A stretch of 64,000 bases of DNA from an uncultured delta proteobacterium. GTDB lineage: Bacteria; Bdellovibrionota; FAC87; UBA2466. Location: positions 160,001 through 224,000 of the forward strand of contig CAVZSV010000004.1 in assembly GCA_963778115.1 (NCBI GenBank), written 5' to 3'. How positions within the stretch are numbered: position 1 is the stretch's first letter; each line of letters begins with the position of its first letter. The position numbers and the translations under genes were made by a program. Of the stretch, positions 58,762-64,000 are shown piece by piece. The notes under the pieces are model-generated. The model saw only the letters and a program-made list of their open reading frames with translations. It was not told the origin of the DNA and made no database searches.

Positions 58762-59448
58762 ATGCCACGTCGACATTCTTTTTGGTTGGACGCACTTCCC
58801 ATTGTCTTGACCTACCTTTCCGTCTCCATCGCTTTTGGAATTTCATCACGCGAAGCAGGTCTTACTCTCTTTTCGACAGTCCTTATGTCGTGCATTGTCT
58901 ACGCCGGCAGTGCTCAGATGGTAGCGGTGGGACTGCTTGCCGCGGGCGAACCTCTCATGGCGATTGTGGTGACGACGTTTATTCTCAATCTTCGCCACTT
59001 GCTTATGTCGACGGTATTAAGTCCTAAGGTCCGACACTGGCCCGTTCCCCTGCAGGTTGCCCTTGGAAGTGAACTTACCGATGAAACGTTTTCTCTGCTT
59101 AGTACCCGTTTTTCGACATCTGCTAAGATCCCAAGAAAATACGCTTTTGGAGTCAACCACAGTTCGCATTTGAGTTGGATTTTGGGTTCCCTGATTGGCC
59201 ACACGATGAGCGGATTTATCGTGGACGTGAAAGCTTTCGGTTTGGATTATGCATTAGTTGCCATGCTAATTTCACTCTTGGCCCTTCAGGCGAGAACCCC
59301 AAGAAAACTAATCGTGGCCGCAACAAGTGGATCGGTAGCCGTCATGGGGACCTTGCTGGGAGTTGCCCACGTTTCCGTTATTTTGGCGACCTTGGCGGCA
59401 GCCACCTTGGGGCTGATGTGGGAGAGACAGTGTCCAGCCATCAAGTAA
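58762..59448 (+). CDS. azlC: AzlC family branched-chain amino acid exporter permease
   Basis: VYAGSAQM, LNLRHLLMS, LTDETF, FGLDYAL. Confidence 0.92.
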   Translation: MPRRHSFWLDALPIVLTYLSVSIAFGISSREAGLTLFSTVLMSCIVYAGSAQMVAVGLLAAGEPLMAIVVTTFILNLRHLLMSTVLSPKVRHWPVPLQVALGSELTDETFSLLSTRFSTSAKIPRKYAFGVNHSSHLSWILGSLIGHTMSGFIVDVKAFGLDYALVAMLISLLALQARTPRKLIVAATSGSVAVMGTLLGVAHVSVILATLAAATLGLMWERQCPAIK

Positions 59449-59765
59449 TTGTGATGATCGTTCTTATGGGAGCGGTAACTTGGTTTCCCCGTATTTTGCC
59501 CTTTTGGTTATTGAGCAAGAAAACTATTCCCTCTTGGGTAACGCTCTGGTTGTCCTACGTGCCGGCTTCCGTCTTGGCTGCGATGCTGGCCCCTGAACTT
59601 TTGGTGAGATCGCATCGCATCGACGTCGCTCTTTCCAATACCTACCTGTGGTTAGCCCTTCCCACGTTCGCCGTCGGTGCTCTGACCAAGAATATTTTTC
59701 TTACCGTCGTGGTCGGGATGGGAGGTCTAGCCGCCATCCGCTTTTTTTTCGGAGCAGGTTACTAA
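59430..59765 (+). CDS. azlD: AzlD family protein
   Basis: MGAVTWFPRILP, LSYVPASVLAAMLAPELL; GTG 59430 after GGAG. Confidence 0.88.
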   Translation: MSSHQVIVMIVLMGAVTWFPRILPFWLLSKKTIPSWVTLWLSYVPASVLAAMLAPELLVRSHRIDVALSNTYLWLALPTFAVGALTKNIFLTVVVGMGGLAAIRFFFGAGY

Positions 59766-61142
59766 TCTTAGGAGTTCGGTTTGTTGTACAGAAGTGCAAT
59801 CGCTAGGGATAGGATCGTTTCTCCAAAAAAAACCATAGGGACTAATTTTTGAACCTTCCCTCTCTCCGAAACAGACTCCTAGAAAGGGATAAAGCTCCGA
59901 AGGAGATCGAAAGACCTTTCCCTGGTGCCAGGGAAAAGAAGTTGTGCGAGCCCGAAGTTGGTCGCATTGGGCTAAAGCCCGCCATTCAGGGTTAATGGCT
60001 TTGCGAGACAACAACCAGGGCCTAAGATCCATATAGCTTAGATCCATAAGCCGCACACATAATCCCAGCAAAAGAAGAAACTTTAGAAAAGTAATATTCG
60101 ACTTTTCATAGGCCAGGAGAAAGAGAATCGCTAAAGTGGGGGTTAGCGAAATAAAATAGTACTCGTGGCTAAGGGCTTGAGCCCCCGCAGCTCCGGCCAC
60201 GGGAATCATTTGCAGCAACACCACTAGCCATAAAGAAGCCATCATTTGATTTGAGCGAGAGCTTCGTGACACTGCAGCTAACGAAATAAGAACCAAAAGT
60301 ATCCCGCCTGGAAAATAACTTTTTAGGAGCAAGAATTTTGAGACCTCTTTCACCTGCGAAAAATACTGCCACAGGCCTGCAAAGAAAGGCCGCCGCTCCA
60401 AGAAATAGAGATTGGGCATCTGCTGAAAGTGGTGAATGTAGTTAAGCCCTTTTGTGTAATAGCACAGCGCTACGGCAAACGCGGGAATGGACCACAGAGC
60501 AGCTCGAGTAACCGCCTTGTTGGGTTCAGGAGCCAGAAGAATCAGAGGCACCACAGAGATTGAAGTCGGTTTCATCAGACAACCCAAAGTGGCCAGACAG
60601 AAGGGAAGCAATTTTCGCGGGCCGTCCCAGCTAAGTCCGACAGCCATTAAGACTAACAACATCGAGGCGTAATCGGGCATGAATTTTCCTACCCAGTCTC
60701 CCCCCAAGGAGAGAATAGGAACGAAACACATCACTTTTTCCAAAGAGACCGTGCCCCACTGCCTTGCCTTCCAAATACGAATGTTTATCAGGGTGAGAAG
60801 CAGACAAACCCCAAGCCATAGGAGTCTTGCCACTACCCTTCCTCGAGAGACACCCCAAGCGAATGCAGGGGCGGTAACCACATTCAGCAGAGGAAATTCC
60901 ATCCCCATCACTCCGCTCGTATCGCCGCTTTCAAGAACGGCAGGAAGCCAATGGTTGGCGGGAGGCTCGACGGTCCATCGGTTCCAGTAGCGTAGAGCGA
61001 CTCCCATCGTAATGGTTTGACGCCAGATTTCGGGAAGTGCGAAAGGCAAAGTGGTGTGTACGGCCATGACCAAAAAGCGCAGAGCTAAGAGCCAAAAGAG
61101 GAGTCTCTGCGGTAGGGTCTGGGGTAGCTTGGGCAAACGCAT
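59727..61142 (-). CDS. GT-C (ArnT/PMT-like) membrane glycosyltransferase
   Basis: WRQTITM, MEFPL, FMPD, LMKP, HEYY; many TM helices. Confidence 0.72.
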   Translation of the reverse strand: MRLPKLPQTLPQRLLFWLLALRFLVMAVHTTLPFALPEIWRQTITMGVALRYWNRWTVEPPANHWLPAVLESGDTSGVMGMEFPLLNVVTAPAFAWGVSRGRVVARLLWLGVCLLLTLINIRIWKARQWGTVSLEKVMCFVPILSLGGDWVGKFMPDYASMLLVLMAVGLSWDGPRKLLPFCLATLGCLMKPTSISVVPLILLAPEPNKAVTRAALWSIPAFAVALCYYTKGLNYIHHFQQMPNLYFLERRPFFAGLWQYFSQVKEVSKFLLLKSYFPGGILLVLISLAAVSRSSRSNQMMASLWLVVLLQMIPVAGAAGAQALSHEYYFISLTPTLAILFLLAYEKSNITFLKFLLLLGLCVRLMDLSYMDLRPWLLSRKAINPEWRALAQCDQLRARTTSFPWHQGKVFRSPSELYPFLGVCFGEREGSKISPYGFFWRNDPIPSDCTSVQQTELLRLVTCSEKKADGG

Positions 61143-61326
61143 ACTTTGATCTAATGAAGCAAACCCCTTTTGAAAAGCCCGAAGATGCCTACGCTAAACT
61201 TAAATTGAGCTTAATAATCGAAGACTTACAACTCATCCTTCAACTACTTTCTGGATTTTTTAATGCTATTCGGGTAGTGGTATGGCTTCTTATTTTTTGG
61301 CAAATCGAGACGGGGATTAGGCGGTC

Positions 61327-62742
61327 GTGGTAGCCAGTCTTTTTAAACGCGCGTTTTTCATTTTCTTAGGGGCTTTAGCGCTACCGGCTTATGCGGACAA
61401 ACCCACGATCCGCGCCACGGTTTCACTACAGAGTCCCGATTTTGTACTGACCCAGCTTTTCGATCTGACCCCCGAAGACGCCACCCGCATGCTGAACCAT
61501 TTAGATGAGACGGTCACTCTGGAAACCCTTCGGGCCATCGAAGATAGATTCAACGCTCAATATTCCACAGGCGCTCTTTGCTTTTGGCGCGGGGAGATCC
61601 TGCGCTGGCTTTGCAAACGCAATCCGCCTCTGGCCTTTCTACGAAGCATTCTCGAAAACGAACCCGACAATCAAGTCGCACTCATCGCAGCGGCCGCCAC
61701 CAATGGGGAGGAGTGGCCCGACGATGAGACCCAGTCCTATCTCCTGCATGCTTTTTCCGACGGTACAGGCCTTGCTTCGACCGAAAAGATTCCCGTGCGA
61801 ACCGCCCTGGCTCCCACCATGGGCAGATTGCTGACGCTCTCTTCTCGGGACCAGAAACGGCAACTGACTGAAGCACTTCTCCGCCAATTGCATTCCGGCC
61901 TTAGAGGTCTGTCCCAAAGTTCCATGGATGCGCTAATCACGGGCGGGGTCTTTTCCCGGGATCTGAGAAAGAAGCTTCTGCTAGAATTGACCCCGCAAAA
62001 TTCGGACAGCTTTGCCAAAGCGGCCATTCTCTCCGGCTTGGCTTCTACGGTGACTCGAAGTAGCGATGATCTCGAGCAGAGGGTTGATCATCTTATTGCG
62101 CAAGAGCCTGACCCCTTAGTGATCCTAAAGGCCTGTCGCCTGTCTGTCATCTTAGGACATGAACAGAGTGTGGCGATTTCGACGATCGCAGCCCTCTCTC
62201 GCCACCGCGACACCCCTCACGTGGATGGCGATTTCAAACAAGAAATTGTGATGACGCTTTTGGAATATGGAACGAAACACCCGGTGGCATGGATAGCGCT
62301 GCAGCACATGGTCCATCAAGGTTTTCTAGATATCGATACCGAAGGTAAGGTGGCCCTTCACCTGCTAGTCGAGCATGGCAATACCGCCCCTTTCCTCGTG
62401 GCGCCTGCGATTGAATACCTGGACCGAAAAAAAATGATCCTTGGCGCCGCAGATACTCTCGACGATGCTATCTACGCCGTAGCGGCAAGACATTCCCAAG
62501 TCCTTGTGGATTCGCTTTTGGCTCTTTACCCCCGACTCAGTCCCGAAGGAAGGATTTACCTTCAGCGCAGAATCTCTGCTATCTCTCCTCAGCAAGGGAT
62601 ACCTTTTCTTCTGGCCTCGAACGACCCCTGTGCGGCTCCCATCCTTGATTACGATCTTCCACCCTTACCAGCCGAAATACAGAGCTGTATTGAATCTGCG
62701 ATCGCAAGGTGGACGAGCGAGCATTCTCATTCCGCTCGTTGA
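61327..62742 (+). CDS. Hypothetical secreted all-alpha (HEAT/ARM-like) protein
   Basis: Signal peptide ending AYA; Leu/Ala-rich helical repeats. Confidence 0.65.
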   Translation: MVASLFKRAFFIFLGALALPAYADKPTIRATVSLQSPDFVLTQLFDLTPEDATRMLNHLDETVTLETLRAIEDRFNAQYSTGALCFWRGEILRWLCKRNPPLAFLRSILENEPDNQVALIAAAATNGEEWPDDETQSYLLHAFSDGTGLASTEKIPVRTALAPTMGRLLTLSSRDQKRQLTEALLRQLHSGLRGLSQSSMDALITGGVFSRDLRKKLLLELTPQNSDSFAKAAILSGLASTVTRSSDDLEQRVDHLIAQEPDPLVILKACRLSVILGHEQSVAISTIAALSRHRDTPHVDGDFKQEIVMTLLEYGTKHPVAWIALQHMVHQGFLDIDTEGKVALHLLVEHGNTAPFLVAPAIEYLDRKKMILGAADTLDDAIYAVAARHSQVLVDSLLALYPRLSPEGRIYLQRRISAISPQQGIPFLLASNDPCAAPILDYDLPPLPAEIQSCIESAIARWTSEHSHSAR

Positions 62743-64000
62743 AGAGTAATTAGCTGATTTGCGGAAGCTTCTACGCGGCCTAGTCGATAGTCTGAACCCA
62801 ACTCCTGACTAATGACCTTGGGAGCTTTTGCTCTCATCAGTTGCAACTGATGAGGAGTCACCCTTCCCCCGATGATTAGATTCACCACTGCGGAACCGTC
62901 TGCCGAAAGGGAGAAGTTTACGGCAACGGTCATCTCTTTAAACTGTTCGTAAGGGATCTCATTGGGCTTAAAACCCTCTAAATGTCGACGGAACTCTTTT
63001 TCAAAATTATGAGCTCCTTCCACTAGGGCGGCTCGAACCTCGGAGGGGATGGGTTGAGCCACACCATTTCCATTCGGCCGATAGGTCGAGTCTATAAATG
63101 CCACACGATAATCTGAAGGAATTCCTTCCATCGCAATACCACTTACATAGTCTTTTTTCTCCCACTCCTCGAGAGGTTTGTTGGGGGCAAATACATAATC
63201 ATCTCCAGAGATGCTGGTTCCATTTGCCGCAAACTGATGATCCCCTTCTACCCTGAGACGATTCGCTTGAGCCCTGGGCAAGAGATCCATTTTATGTTCA
63301 AAGCGCTGTGAGGCCACCTGCTGCCCCTTTCGCGCGGCAACGATAGCTCGGCTTAGGCGGGTACTCGCCGTTATTTTGGGATCGTTCGCTACTTTCTGAA
63401 TTTGCTCGCTCAATTCCACAAGATTTCTTGCCCCACCTCCACGTTGATCCACAGAGATAAGTCCGTATCTAGCGCGTCCGATTCCCATATCGGTAGTCTC
63501 CTTCTCTAAATAGATCGAAGGCGCTAAGGCGTCCAGAGCATGGTAATAATCCTGCATCCGGTGAAGCAGATGATTATCCACACTGACTCCAAAACGGTTT
63601 TGGATTTCGTCATGCAAAATCGCTTCATATTCAATGAGATTTCGGGCCGGAACCGCCCGCAAAAGATCCATCAAAGACTCCGACAATACGTACCTACCTG
63701 CTGAACTTAAGTGCAACATTTTTTCGGTTCCCGGCATGCCAATCAAAGTTTGCTGCAATTCGGTTCGAGCCTCTTCACTATCTTTTATCTTGGCCCGCAA
63801 CAAATCACGAACGCCCGAATCCCTAAAATCCTGAATGTGAGGTCCCGACTCAGATCCTAACAGATGCCTTCCCGCGCGAGCGGCGAGAGCCGCTTCATCG
63901 GCTTCGCTGCCGCGGCCAGAACCAAATCCCGCCAGATGCCACATCTCAGGCCGTCCATTTAACTTCGACTGTTTAGCGAATCTAAGGACCAATTCGGGAT
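62727..64000 (-). CDS. Large hypothetical protein (5' end outside the window) with a degenerate GGDEF/palm-like segment
   Basis: Frame is open to the window edge; GLISVDQRGGGARN...SISGDDYVFA. Confidence 0.6.
   Translation of the reverse strand, partial: PELVLRFAKQSKLNGRPEMWHLAGFGSGRGSEADEAALAARAGRHLLGSESGPHIQDFRDSGVRDLLRAKIKDSEEARTELQQTLIGMPGTEKMLHLSSAGRYVLSESLMDLLRAVPARNLIEYEAILHDEIQNRFGVSVDNHLLHRMQDYYHALDALAPSIYLEKETTDMGIGRARYGLISVDQRGGGARNLVELSEQIQKVANDPKITASTRLSRAIVAARKGQQVASQRFEHKMDLLPRAQANRLRVEGDHQFAANGTSISGDDYVFAPNKPLEEWEKKDYVSGIAMEGIPSDYRVAFIDSTYRPNGNGVAQPIPSEVRAALVEGAHNFEKEFRRHLEGFKPNEIPYEQFKEMTVAVNFSLSADGSAVVNLIIGGRVTPHQLQLMRAKAPKVISQELGSDYRLGRVEASANQLITLQRAE

Noticed and set aside
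58524..58810. Short Lys-rich and Phe-rich ORFs on both strands
   Set aside because: These are translations of the A/T-tract palindrome, not credible genes.

Overview
Bacterial chromosomal window of roughly 50% GC by eye. Gene content and synteny point to a predatory Bdellovibrionota/Oligoflexia-like or related deltaproteobacterial lineage (inference). 1-19.4 kb is mostly core genes: an MltD-like transglycosylase, a TPR-tamB-tamA(7 POTRA) operon near efp, a second TPR gene, comEC, rplU-rpmA-obgE, queC-DUF366 and ppa. 19.4-32.7 kb mixes enzymes (Gfo/Idh/MocA, GMC oxidoreductase, M28 peptidase, GreA/B-like, dbpA, yajD) with orphans. A tRNA-Glu(TTC) at 32863-32935 opens a decayed, repeat-rich hotspot (32.9-35.9 kb). 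It holds two broken four-helix-bundle genes, a possible decayed tRNA-Glu copy, and an array of nested ~90-bp REP/REPIN-like hairpins that bracket an intact secreted-protein gene and cut two other genes at the same junction. The rest is accessory: many secreted proteins and lipoproteins, a LysR/SDR pair, ppiC, TMEM175, two chalcone-isomerase-fold proteins, azlCD, glycosyltransferases and two more long imperfect palindromes. Several accessory genes carry small frameshifts while the long core genes are intact. No CRISPR array, integrase, transposase or reverse transcriptase was seen. All product calls come from motif recognition by eye; no database searches were run.
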